64,000 bases of DNA from Hormiphora californensis (Eukaryota > Animalia > Ctenophora). This document shows, piece by piece, positions 24,401 through 34,202 of this stretch (position 1 is its first letter; the number at the start of each line of letters is the position of its first letter). The stretch spans positions 5,580,001-5,644,000 of the forward strand of contig CM035358.1 of NCBI GenBank assembly GCA_020137815.1. The letters are read 5' to 3'. The position numbers and the translations under genes were made by a program. The notes beneath the pieces were generated by a model that saw only the letters and a list, made by a program, of their open reading frames with translations, was not told where the DNA came from and searched no databases.

Positions 24401-27400
24401 CTCTCCTCTTCTCAGGAAGTGAGACACATAAACCGGATGATTCCACGTTCTCACGAGCTGAGAGAGTTCGTTAATATAATCATAGACAAGGTAAAATTAA
24501 CAAACAAATATTATACAGACAAACAAATAATGTAATACATGTATGTTTTCGCATGGGGGTCAATAATTGTTGTGGATCCAAAAAATATGTAACTGTTTCT
24601 TGTCTCACTTACAATTATTTATCTTCACTCCGCAGTGCTATCAATTTAAAAATAAGCTCCCCTAGAGTCCCAATATTAAGGGGGCCGGGGGTCCAATATT
24701 AACTACCCCCCCCCCCTACAGAGTCCCAATTTACGCAGTGAAGACCTAGCTAATGTGAACTATGATGACTACGCCGCTGGGAGGGAAGACGTCACTGTCA
24801 GCAAGGCTAGTTTGGTAACAGTCCATACGAAGGTTATCTCAACCCATACCAACATGCATCGATGCCAAGTGTAGGTTTATTTTGATATATCGTACCCTCA
24901 GTCTTCACAATGTGAGCTACATAAGGTTTAGTGTGTGTACAAAATTACACATTTTAACTTGATCTACCCAACCCTCACAGTGTGTGTACCCGTGTGTACA
25001 TGTATTTTAACTGGCGGTGTCTTGAAATTACACATCAGCATTTCCATTTTCCCATTCACAACTTGTGTGTCGCTTTGATCCAGGCCTGCAGTAGGTCGAC
25101 AACTTAACTACCGATTGCAGACTAAATTGAGAGAACTGCATAGTGCATACTCAATACTGAGTTACCAGTGACGTGAGAGAGATCGGGAATGGTTCCTAAT
25201 TTACATTTTGGTCGCAATTAAAGAGAGAACACTCGTGAGCGCGAACTCCGAATGGGTCTGAGAAAGGGTTCTCCGCGCGAGGCTCCAGCAGAGGATTCGG
25301 CGCGCGCACATTCATCTCCAGATGTGACAGAAGCAGCTTGAAATCGAGACAGACTGACAGTCAATCGGGTTTCACTAATTTCGTAACACAACACATGTAA
25401 CCTTGTGACACCCTGCCAGGCTTTTATCGAGATAAACCGTAACTGTAATATTTCGTTCACTTCCACAAAAAAAACTATTATTTTCCACGGAAATATAGCT
25501 GAAATTAATTAAATCGAGGCTTTCTTGGCTTTTTTGGTCTTGGCGGTCTTCTTGGTAGTCTTTTTGGCTTTCTTGGCGGCTTTCTTGGTAGTTTTCTTGA
25601 CAGTCTTCTTCTTTTTCTCATCGGAATCGGGTATAAGTATTCCATTGGGCTTGGGCAAATCTGGCAAATCTGGGGCTTTAGGAAGTTTAGGTTTGGAGAC
25701 CTTTGGAGCCTTCAGTTTAGGTCCGGGTAGATCTGGGGCCTTCAGTTTGGGTCCAGGCAATTTTGGAGCTTTCAATTTGGGCGCTGCCAGTTTGGGTGCT
25801 TTCAGTTTGGGAGCTTTCAATTTGGGTGCTTTAGGGAGTTTAGGCTTGGGTATAACAGCAGGAACCTTCAACTTGGGTTTGGGAACTTTCGTCTTACCCC
25901 CGGCCACTTTAGGAACCTTGGGCTTTGGAACATCTGGAACTTTCAGTTTAGGTTTGGGGACATCAGGAACCTTCAATTTAGGTTTGGGGACATCAGGAAC
26001 CTTCAATTTAGGCTTTGGTACATCTGGAACCTTCAGTTTAGGCTTGGGTACATCTGGTATTTTCACAAAGTCCAAGGCCAATTCCTCAAAAGTAATCTCC
26101 GGGATGGGTGCTGCGAGAGCAGCGGAAATCACCAAAAACACTAAAACACAAAAACGAATCATATCTCTGTCAAACAGAGAGAGAGGGTGTAGAGAGATAG
26201 TTGAGAAAGAGATTGCTTTGCTTGCAGGATATTGCAGTTAGTACACAACGTGTAAAAAGGCTCCAGGCGCTAGGAAACCAGTACAAGCTTATTAAATGTG
26301 TCTGGTTAGGCATATTCTTATATTGCGGCCTGTTTTCAAAACTGCAGGGGTGGCCCCATGGAAAATGTATATTTGGAAATTAAAATTCTAGAATAATGTA
26401 GTAGATGCCCAAATATGGACTCCCCCCCCCCCCCCCCCCCCAACTTCCAATTATATCTAACAATCCCTCCCTTCCCCCCAGTATTTGGGATCGGACAGTT
26501 GCCGAGGGGCTAGCACTGGAAGACTGGGTAACGATGCGGCACAAAGAATACCGATCAGAGTCTGTATTGGACAGTTCGGCCTACTTCATAAGAATCCACG
26601 CTCTACCACTCGCCCTCAGACTCATATCTCTTGTGTTTGCCATAATATCTCTTGTGGTGAGTCAGATATTCGAATTCTTTCTGTCATTGTATCCCCCTGG
26701 CTATATATGCCAAATTATCCTATTATTTTCCACCCCGGCCCCCAAAGTCCAAACAACTCTCTTCACAAGCCAAAGTACTCAATATCCTAATCCCACTCCT
26801 CCCCAGTTGGTATGGAGTGAGATGGTATTTTCAGTTAAGAAGCCTACCCTGTCTCTCTGTGCCCTGCTTGTCAGTGCTGTAAAAAGTCCTGGAATCGTAG
26901 TGGTAAGTAAGGCATTGCAGAGTAATGAGTTGGATTTAAAACAAAAACAATAGGATATGTATCGGATAATTGTTTATTAGCCGCATGATAACAATCTATA
27001 GAGTATAGAGAAAATATCTCTTCTACAGACTATACTGTTATACTCAGCTCAGTATTTTCTCCTAAACCCCCCTGATTTTCAGTACTTTCTCCTAAAAACT
27101 CCCCACTTTTCAGATTGTCTGTGTCCTCCTCATCAGTTACATGTGTCTCTGTGCCTACTACACAATCTTCAAGCTACGTGTTTTCAACTACTACTACATG
27201 GCACCAGCCCAACAGACGGACGATTATTCTCTCCTTTTTTCTGCTACTGTTCTATCCCGGTTAACGACTCCACTGTCTCTCAACTTCCTAAGTAAGTCAA
27301 CTTCCTAAGTAAGTGTTAACTATCCACCAATCTCTCTCTACTTGTTACCCTTCCCCTCTGTATAAAACTCGATTCCAGTTACCTCTCCCCCCTCTACTAT

Positions 27401-28392
27401 ATTTGTTTAATCCCTCCCCCACCCCAAGGTGTGGTACATCTGGATCCCCGGTTTAATTCCGACATACTGACAGCGTTCACCCGCATTATGGGTAGCTTTG
27501 AGGTTATACCTTTTATTGGACAAGGTAACTAGAAGTAAAATGAACAAAATCAATTAGTAATTATTTAGTGTAGTAAGCAATTGAATTGTTTTGGAGCAGA
27601 ATTCATTGTGAAACACTTTGATAAACCACTTCTTCTTGTTCAGGTTTCAACGTTTATTACCCCATCCTAATTGCTCTAATTGGCCTCGCTACCTTGTTCA
27701 AACTGGGAACACGCTGCATGTCCTTCCTTGGTTTTGAAACATTTGTATCTGACGATGAGATAACTTTAGATTTTGTAGAGGAGGGAAAACAGCTTCTTCT
27801 TAGAGGTAAATAGAGCGACGGGCCCGTAGAGCCACCGACGGGGCGGGAAGTAAAATGTTTCTCTCAATAATCATTAGCTATCAATCTGAAACAGTTTTCA
27901 AACCCATAACTCTTACAACTTTTGAGATCACGTTTGTCTCTCTGCCAGAACGAAGAGCCAGAGAAAGGGGCGAGGGGAGAACGGACAGCAAGCCTCAATC
28001 TGCCTCTGCTTACGCAAATAACTCAGGATTTAGGAGAAACGAAAACAAGAAACTGTTAAATACTAACACTCATAGAGCTGGTGAGTTAATTGTTTAATTC
28101 GAGTTCATCAAACCCTCTTTTACAAGCAGTTAGCAGTTAACATCTCAACCCAACCCTCCTAATCCCAATGCAATGGTTTATTACAATTTACGATGCTCCC
28201 AAATAATATAACCCAAATCCCTGCCCAGATCACGACAGAGCCCGATTATTGGATAACGAGGAGAATGCAGGGGACTATGAACCAGTATCACTTCTCGATG
28301 CAACCAATCCCTCATCATCTTCATCAACTAGACGGGGTCAGCAACAGCAAATGCAAGGGAATAAAAAGTCATCATTCTTCGATGATGTTTAG
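12416..28392 (+). CDS. LMBRD2: LMBR1 domain-containing protein 2 (multi-pass membrane protein), 14 exons
   Basis: Exons 12416-12589, 12743-12894, 13093-13254, 23271-23358, 23588-23710, 24416-24490, 24722-24870, 26482-26656, 26807-26902, 27114-27291, 27429-27524, 27644-27805, 27949-28080, 28229-28392. Peptides FWNIVFWSSQLLTWVILP, ASNTWGL, RVFNYYY...QTDDYSLLFS, GFNVYYP and the ending FFDDV match LMBRD2. Confidence 0.93.
13336..22945 (-). CDS. Nested secreted Cys-rich protein with thrombospondin-type-1-like repeats (~916 aa, 2 exons)
   Basis: Exon 1 22945-22819 encodes signal peptide MLLIVVLLLALPGERASS and splices in phase 1 to exon 2 15959-13336; total 2751 nt, in frame. C-terminal WELSPW..C..CG...TRLC and WQWSEW...CG...RRYRLC; acidic linker with GEDVLGELLAD-type repeats. 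Lies in LMBRD2 intron 3. Confidence 0.85.
16407..20726 (+). CDS. Copia Gag-Pol polyprotein, intact (1439 aa)
   Basis: CCHC knuckle CYNCKKTGHIASEC; protease LLDTGA; integrase H..FAH...CENC, SDNGGEF and ERHN; RT KARLVARGF, LYGL and HVDD; RNase H TDAS...AELYA...NPADVLTK. Domain order PR-INT-RT-RH. Confidence 0.97.
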   Translation: MPSDIHAPVFDNQTNFETYRREVDIWLLGTGCPKEKQAARLALQMRGRAKEVALGVPTEQLKSENGVKILLDAIEKVFGRDKTVSLFSAIEAFENFIRPANQNMSDFISEFSTRLGELRQQAGVDDHHKLYGSQVLAYRLLEQSNISDEQKRLLRATCVEISLECMITQMKRAYGETLPSAAETDQTSETLTLVVCYNCKKTGHIASECYNRRGAVRGKRGGGRGQRGSGGRRGQSGDATGVYKMSVETDYVLSLSEQVGLRALLDTGAAKSVCGSDWLKNFEKESCIRVRRESCEQRRFTFGDLSGVNSTMIAYIPTDIFGVKFTEFAVYVLDINIPLLLSRHLLSQMGAVIDFERDQLRVSGKTTTLHLTDTGHVTIDLNKKLSPTTLLTNSCSGISPPAIAKKLHKYFAHGSVSKIQDIVKSSDHPRKSEICQELTRVTQECENCLEHSASKPRRKVALPLSKTFNECLAMDLKMLKFKSGESCWVLHIIDTLTRYSVMVPVKSKTGTEITQKFFTSWISIFGRPQRILSDNGGEFINDTLLEMASRLGIELKSTPAESPWCNGICERHNSILGKMVEKTKDDTKCSITVACAWASNAKNQLTNQMGFSPHQLVFGSNPTFPSVLNDDCLPAHGDQKSEDQVISDNIKAMKTAREKFIQLENASRLKRALASSGPTQDQTTYVQGDKVYYKREQHKTWLGPATVVGMTENQVLIKHGGQLLRAHPCKVRLVQQRQEPPEDQQRKEEYKRNEESSSKRHVPEMQTAPEVTTDEDVPEPIEKSKVQPPKASRVRRPKKTVREPTRKYNLRHNRRQTPPPEHPADELLIPSETDPEEDTPQDGHSESNIEEVPREPTYAEIAVPTEDQQEDEATTSGPVVVRVPESETSPDTEDTPGQRDIEPDPTEDSARPNEEKTDSNEDTSTPKDDVAEPTEDAAKTPDQNTEDSDPDSDAEEIILLAASKLGKEEVQTARNREIDKLREFNVFEEVPDTGQQPVTTRWVMTRKDDGTVKARLVARGFEEKLEDPTNSPTVTKHAVRILLSLATTSNWTLKSVDVTSAYLQSDKMTRDVFIKPPAYLKRKDVLWKLNKPLYGLGDAGRRWYMSLTATLKNTLQMSRIDKNVFFTTGDDGKLQGLLVIHVDDILITGDHNFYKKVKPALDNYKIGRVETTEFDYLGWQLKQQGIDICVSQEQYCKFVREDILDKMKAVKPVPQNQEEVDENLQSYMRTVIGKLNWLATQSMPQISFSLLDITTKSPWTGKEFKELKKIVTNLSPSTITFSPFNPTSAEIIVYTDASLGNLADRKSGAGVVVFWGDSSDFNLIAYSCGKVKRVVKSVFAAELYAVSEGLGYGVMIKALLQELSFDPPIRLFTDSAQVVSLANSVSAVPTDKGSILELREVQEKVEKGEASINWVESKSNPADVLTKRGVSPRVIERMI
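21243..22632. mobile_element. Non-autonomous foldback DNA transposon, Kolobok-type, inside the Copia 3' LTR
   Basis: TTAA duplicated at 21239-21242 and 22633-22636 (single TTAA in the 5' LTR). Termini GGGTACGC...GCGTACCC (RR..YY, opposite to piggyBac). ~605-bp TIRs around a ~180-bp spacer. Confidence 0.92.
23368..23556. repeat. Cluster of short palindromic repeats in LMBRD2 intron 4
   Basis: Repeated GTTACCATGGTTAC / GTTACTGAA units. Confidence 0.7.
23860..24016. mobile_element. pogo/Tc1-mariner-type MITE (TA|CAGTCGGACCCCGATTTA family)
   Basis: TA-flanked TIRs CAGTCGGACCCCGATTTA / TAAATCGGGGTCCGACTG. Confidence 0.9.
24269..24392. mobile_element. Rearranged copy of the CAGTCGG MITE (left end duplicated)
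   Basis: Two tandem TACAGTC(A/G)GACTTCGATTTACCGGGATGCTCAGGGG units followed by a decayed right end. Confidence 0.7.
25509..26162 (-). CDS. Nested secreted Lys/Pro-rich repeat protein (217 aa)
   Basis: Signal peptide MIRFCVLVFLVISAALAA; decapeptide K(V/I)PDVPKPKL x5; KAPKL-type pentapeptides; Lys/Thr/Ala tail. Repeats differ mainly at third codon positions. Lies in LMBRD2 intron 7 (24871-26481). Confidence 0.88.
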   Translation of the reverse strand: MIRFCVLVFLVISAALAAPIPEITFEELALDFVKIPDVPKPKLKVPDVPKPKLKVPDVPKPKLKVPDVPKPKLKVPDVPKPKVPKVAGGKTKVPKPKLKVPAVIPKPKLPKAPKLKAPKLKAPKLAAPKLKAPKLPGPKLKAPDLPGPKLKAPKVSKPKLPKAPDLPDLPKPNGILIPDSDEKKKKTVKKTTKKAAKKAKKTTKKTAKTKKAKKASI

Positions 28393-29614
28393 AAATGTGG
28401 GCACTGTATTATTGTGTGAGTTAATTGTAAACTGAGAAATGAACGTTTGGTAGTAGGACTAGTGGACTAAAAGCTAAAACAATATTGTGTTGCATGTTTC
28501 AAAATCAAAGAGGGGTATCCAATATTCGTTATGTTATCACAATCAGTATCACTTCAACGGGCGTTCAAATATATTCAAATTACATATCACAATTAGGTCA
28601 CGGTCTAGCTGATAATCATTAAATGTCCATTGAAGGGACAATAAATACAAAGTCTGTATTATTATTTATAAAATAAGATTAAGAAATATGAATAATTCAT
28701 AATTCGGTTCTGATTTATTTTGAATTGAAAGATTGTCAAATTTAGCTGTAAAGTATTATGCAGGCAGGCCTGTATGCTACAATTATATTTGTGATGTGAT
28801 AAACCAATTATATTTTCAACTTGAAATCTTTGTTTTCCTAATTTGTAGCAAAATTTGGCATTGTTGAATCTGGCGCGGGTTATGTTGACTTACGCTGCAA
28901 CCGAGACGGCGCGTGATTCGGCCCGAGATTCAATGCGCGCGAAGAGACTTTGCATTTGAAAAATTACTCGGAGATCTCAAAATTTCTAAATTTTTGAAGC
29001 GTTCGGATTTCGGAAAATGAAATTAGCGTGTCTGGCGTCTGAAGAACCCTCCTGTAAACTTCCAACCGCAACTAATGCCTATAGAGTTTAGGGTATGTAA
29101 AAGATGTGTTCATTACAGAAAATTTAAAACCCAAGTTCGGGGGTTTTCAAACTTTCTAAGGTCAACGGCAAACACAGTTGGCGTACGATACCATAAATAT
29201 CAGTTCAGCACTGTATGGATCTCTCCTTTCCGCGCCCTACGTCAAGGCAGGGAGTACTAAACTAATGTATTGCTCTCACTTTTCTCAAAGGGGATAAAAG
29301 TGAGAGACATACTTTTACTAAAAAACCTTGTTAGAGGGGATCATATCAGTATTCCCTTGGGACCATATATCAGAGAGAAAGGAAGATTGAGATATTTTTT
29401 TGAAACTGAGCAACGTCCTTGCTGGCTGCTCTTCGATATTATCGCACTGCACCGGTGTTATTGTCGGAAAAAATGGAGAAATAAAAAGTTCCATACATAC
29501 GGGATTTTGATTTTGGACCTTAACACTTCTCACCCATCAATGTAGTTGTTGTTGAAAATATGTAGCATGTTAATGTATGTACATGTACTAACTTACACCT
29601 GATTTGTAACAGTT

Positions 29615-29677
<63 letters not shown>

Positions 29678-29884
29678 TCTCCCAAACAAGTAATGCACAG
29701 TAGCGTTTCAAAGGTGCCCCAAATGAATATACTTATAAACTATAGAGACTCACTTTGTTTGAGACATGCTCATACGATCTACGACAAGTCGCCAATTTGC
29801 TGTAACAGTTAACCATATTTTCGTTTTCTCAGTGCAGTGCTAGGTGAAAGAGTAAGAGAGTGATGGAGAGATAGTCCAGGGTCC

Positions 29885-29916
<32 letters not shown>

Positions 29917-29918
29917 AG

Positions 29919-30570
29919 AGAGCAGTCATATTTGCTGCTCAGGACCAGGCTCTACCAACTAATTGGTTACGAGCAATCATTCAGAGAGCGGCTGATACTT
30001 CTCCGCTGTGCAGAATTTGTCGTGAACACAATGAATCGGTGGAGCACATACTTAGCAATTGCCAAAAGCTAGCTAACTCTGAATATAAACAACGGCATGA
30101 TCGAGTTGCGGCTGCGATACATTGGGGTATGTGTATCGATTCTGGGTTCGAGACTACCACTCCTTGGTTTCTTCATTATGCAGAAAAGGTACTAGAGAAT
30201 GAACGCTATAAGATCTTATGGGACTTCCTTATCCAATGTGACAGAACTATTCAGGCCTGTAAACCTGACTTGGTGCTTGTTGACAAACGGAAGAAGGAAG
30301 CGATTATCGTGGATGTGGCTGTGCCAAAAGAACGGCTTGTTGCAGACCGAGAAATCGAAAAGGTTCAGAAGTACCAGGAGCTCCGGAGAGAAATCCAGAT
30401 GGTTATCTAAGGTAACGGTCGTGCCTATAGTAATAGGCACGCTCGGCGGTGTAACGGATAAACTCCCAGAGTATCTATCCCGGTTGACCAAACGCATCTC
30501 GTCTTCCCAGTTGCAGAAAACTGTCCTATTCGCATCCTCTAATATTCTGAGGAATTTCCTTGACATGTAA
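29919..30570 (+). mobile_element. 5'-truncated non-LTR retrotransposon of the R4/Dong (RLE endonuclease) type, frameshifted
   Basis: AAQDQAL...CRICREHNESVEHILSNC (CCHC), RHDRV, KILWD, KPDLVLVD...IVDVAVP, EK..KY, VVPIVIGTLG. Begins directly after a (GA)n tract; frame break near 30400. Confidence 0.9.
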
Positions 30571-30601
30571 AATTGTTATTTTGTAGTCTAAGTTAAGTTT
30601 T

Positions 30602-31371
30602 GGGCACAAAGGATTGTAATAACTATTTCCCTGTCCGCTTTCAGTTCCACTTTTCTTAGTGACGTCAATCCTCTGCGCCCATATGTTTTAATTTTTCCGG
30701 AGCCCAAGAGAGTGGTTTAGGCAGGTAGCTTCTCGCTCGCTCCCCTTTCGTTCTCTAAACCTGTCGTTCCCTTCTTGGGCTCCTCTCTAGCTCTAGACTT
30801 CTTTATGTTTATATTGTGTCAACCGACTTCAGTGGTATTTGGGGCCCATATCGTTATGTCCATCTAGTGGCTGTGGGTAGTTTAAGTTAAGCTTTGGGCA
30901 CAGTGGGTTGTAATAACTATGCCCCCTTTCCGCTTTCAGTTCCACTTCCCTAGTGACGTCAATCCCCTGTGCCCACTTTTATTTGTTTCCGGAGCCCGAG
31001 AAAGCGGTTTAGGCAGGTAGCTACTCGCTTCCCTTTCTTTCTCTAAACCTGCCGTTCCCTTCCTGGGCTCCACCCTAGCGTTAGACTCCTTTATGTTTCG
31101 ATGTTATCTGACCATTGTTGGTATTGCTATAGCGGCTGTGAGTAGTTTAAGGTAGGATTTGGGCACAGTGGGTTGTAATATCTATCTCCCTGTTCACTTT
31201 TAGCTCACTTTCTCATAGTAACGTCAACCCCCTGTGCCCACATGTTTACTTTACGGGGCACAAGAGAGTGGTTTAGGCAGGTCGTCTCCTCTCCGCTCCT
31301 CTGTCCCTTGGGTACGGGTGCAGAACTCGGACCCTTTCTCTCCTAAGCCTGCTGTTCCCCTCTTGTGCCCC
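30602..31371 (+). ncRNA. Three tandem copies of a double-hairpin structured RNA motif
   Basis: Hairpin A at 30602-30680, 30896-30974, 31161-31239; hairpin B at 30699-30783, 30991-31071, 31255-31371. Compensatory substitutions between copies. Expression not shown. Confidence 0.65.
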
Positions 31372-32294
31372 TCCCTAGATGTAGAGTTTTCATTTTTGTT
31401 GTCCTAGGTTTCTATTAAGGGGAACTTGCACTTATGATCATATGGGAAGTGGGAAGACCCTTTTTGGTCGGTATATCATTTCTACCCTTACTCCCGCCGT
31501 TTGTGTGTTGATTGGATTAGGTAACGTTTATTAGTAGGGACATTTCAGCAGGGAAAGTAGTGGGAGTTGGAAGGGGGTCGGGAACCACAGCCCAGTTAAG
31601 TATCAGTAAAGGAAACCACAAGTAGGGAGACGAAACTATTGGACCAGACCACCTAGGAGGAAACACAGCTTGGGGTATAGCCTGAAATTTGATCTCGGAA
31701 GGCCAAGGGGGCGCAACAGGGAGAGGTGGCAGAGAGGATCTCGACTTGTTTGTTAAGAAGTACGGGCCCTGTCACGTCCTCCAGGTGCTAGAGACCTAAA
31801 CCTCGTACGAGCCTCGATCTGTTCTACTCGCTCGCCGGTAAGACGATTTTTAGGATGAGGAGTGCATGGAACTTCCAAGCACCCCACAAAGGAAAGAAGA
31901 CACGTGTACAATAATGCCGTGAAACAACCCAAATGGTTTTGCCCGGAACCCTTACGCAGGGACTATGGACAGAAACCCTTATCCCAAGACAGGGACACAG
32001 CGAGGACTAGAAGTCTGCGGGTCAGGGGCAGGGGAAAAAAACTCTAGAGTCAACAGCAAACACACCCAGAGGACCGTGAGCAGGTACGAGCGAAATAAAA
32101 GAGCAAGCGCGACGAGGTAGAGGCCGAGAGAGCCCCCGAGAGTTAGCGCGAACGAGCGAAACTCCTGGGCCTTCGCTCCTCGAGTCCGTCATCTTATCTC
32201 TTCTCGGATCTCTCTCTCCCTCTGCACCGCTCTCTCTTTCTACTCGATACGTCTCTTCTTCCCTCCTTCTCTCCTCTCTCTGCTCAATCCCAGC

Positions 32295-32325
<31 letters not shown>

Positions 32326-32715
32326 AATCCCGCTTCATTCTCTCAATCCCTCACAATTAGAGGGAAAGATGGAGAGGGAGAGAGGGAGAGAGAAATGGAG
32401 AGAGAGAGAGAGAGAAATTTGAGATCACTACACAGTGTCTGTGAAACCGGGGAGAAACCAAAGGGAGAGAGAGAGCCCCCCCCCCCCTGCGCCGCGACGC
32501 AATTGGAGAGCACTAAAATTGTCCCCTTTCTGAGTTACGCCAACTGTGTTTGCCGTTGAGATTAGTTCCTCGGAGCCACGGCAACCGGCAGAGGCCAAAG
32601 CTCGCCTCACAGCCGAATTTGTGCTAGAATCGATTACTAATAGAAAAGAAATTAACATCACCACTGATTACTATGATGAAATATAATTCCTGACATCTCG
32701 CATCGCAGCAGCAGC

Positions 32716-33935
32716 ATGTACACAGTAACAGTCCTCTCAGACGGGTACTCCCAGATAAACCCTGATGGGAGCATGGAAGCAAACGGATCCTGCACGCTAG
32801 TGAAGGGAGGTGATATTGTCTTGATAGTTGATACCATGTCACCCTGTGACTCGGATATTCTGCCTCAGCTGCTAAAGGAGAAGGGTGGTGTGAGTGTGGA
32901 AGAGGTGACTCATGTTGTGTGTACACACGGCCACCCCGACCACGTGGGATGTAATCATCTCTTCAGGAAAACTAAATTTCAGGTAGATAAATTGAACATA
33001 TTTTTCGCAACAACTTTTTATTTCTCCAGTGGACAGATTCCTGATCGCCCAAATCATCCCCATCTCACCCCCAGATGGTAGGAAGGGCAGCGTACTCCGA
33101 CCACACCTACCTGGACATGTCCTCCCACTTCAAGGACGGTAAACCCATGCAAATAGAGGGATCAAAACGGCTCGTCGTCCTCCCCACCCCAGGCCACACA
33201 CTGGACAGTGTGAGTGTGTTAGTGGAGACTGCCCAGGGGAGGGTGTGTGTGGCGGGGGATCTGTTTGAGAAAAAGGAGGATGTGGGTCAGGATGAGATCT
33301 GGACAGAAGCGGGAAGTGAAGATGAAGGAGCTCAGATACAGAACAGGTAATGAGCTGAGATTAGGACAGGTATAACTGGGGGGGGGGGGTGACACGTAAC
33401 ACTTTGTAACACTTTGTAACATGTAACGTGCACAAAATATTTTCTGCACATGTTACAAAGTGTTACAAGCGTTACAAAGTGTTACAAAGTGTTACAAAGT
33501 GTTACAAAATGTTGCAAAATGTTGCAAAAAATGCCCATTTTGTAACATTTTGTAACACTTTGTAACACTTTGTAACATTTTGTAACACTTTGTAACACTT
33601 TGTAACACTTTGTAACACTTTGTAACATGTAACGTGCACAAAAAGTTTTCTGCACATGTTACAAAGTGTTACAAAGTGTTACGTGTCACCCCCCCCCCCC
33701 CCCAACTGGGAGCTGTATTTATATATTACCTCTTCTACTCTCTGATTACCTTGTTTCATGGACCTAAACTAAACTCCCTCCCAGGTGCCGAATGCTCCTG
33801 TTGGCTGACTACATTGTTCCAGGGCATGGTCCCATGTTTCGAGTTACTTCTGAGATGAAGCTAAAGGCTCAGACACAACTTACCACTGTCGATCCGGGCT
33901 CTATAAATCAGTTTGGACTACAAAAACTACCTTGA
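32716..33935 (+). CDS. MBLAC1: Metallo-beta-lactamase domain-containing protein 1
   Basis: Exons 32716-32982, 33075-33346, 33785-33935. Motifs IVDT, THGHPDHVG, TPGHT, VAGDLFE, DYIVPGHGPMF. Confidence 0.92.
33381..33703. mobile_element. MITE with poly-G/poly-C ends and 10-bp internal repeats
   Basis: G-run+TGACACGTAACAC...GTGTTACGTGTCA+C-run; internal CTTTGTAACA arrays in both orientations; AACTGGG repeated on both flanks. Confidence 0.85.
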
Positions 33936-34202
33936 ACTTTCAAAATAGTGTTAAAGGGTTAATAACTATATGGTATTTTTCACAGGGGTCGAGAACCAGT
34001 TGTTTTTTTAGTTTGTTATAAAAGCCAGAATTGTTTGTTTCCATTTTACATTTTACAATCACCCGTTTTACTGCTTCGTGCATGTGCAATATTTAAAGCC
34101 AAAAGTGAGGCATATTTCTTGCTTGTTCGACCCTCCCTCCCCGTGCGCTGCGAATGAAATAGAAAGGGTTTGAACAAAACTTATTTCCGATGCTGCTTTA
34201 GG

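Larger units (their letters stand above)
29159..32562. mobile_element. Possible TIR element enclosing the R4/Dong fragment
   Basis: 24-bp inverted repeat TCAACGGCAAACACAGTTGGCGTA at 29162-29185 and 32536-32559, with TA just outside each end. Could instead be two independent ends. Confidence 0.45.

Noticed and set aside
25525-26241. 238-aa plus-strand Gly/Leu/Phe ORF
   Set aside because: Antisense shadow of the Lys/Pro repeat gene; starts at TTG.
30602-30680. Hairpin A as a twister ribozyme, SECIS or H/ACA snoRNA
   Set aside because: It has a UAA internal loop but lacks the twister P4 loop, the AUGA/GA quartet, and the H and ACA boxes.
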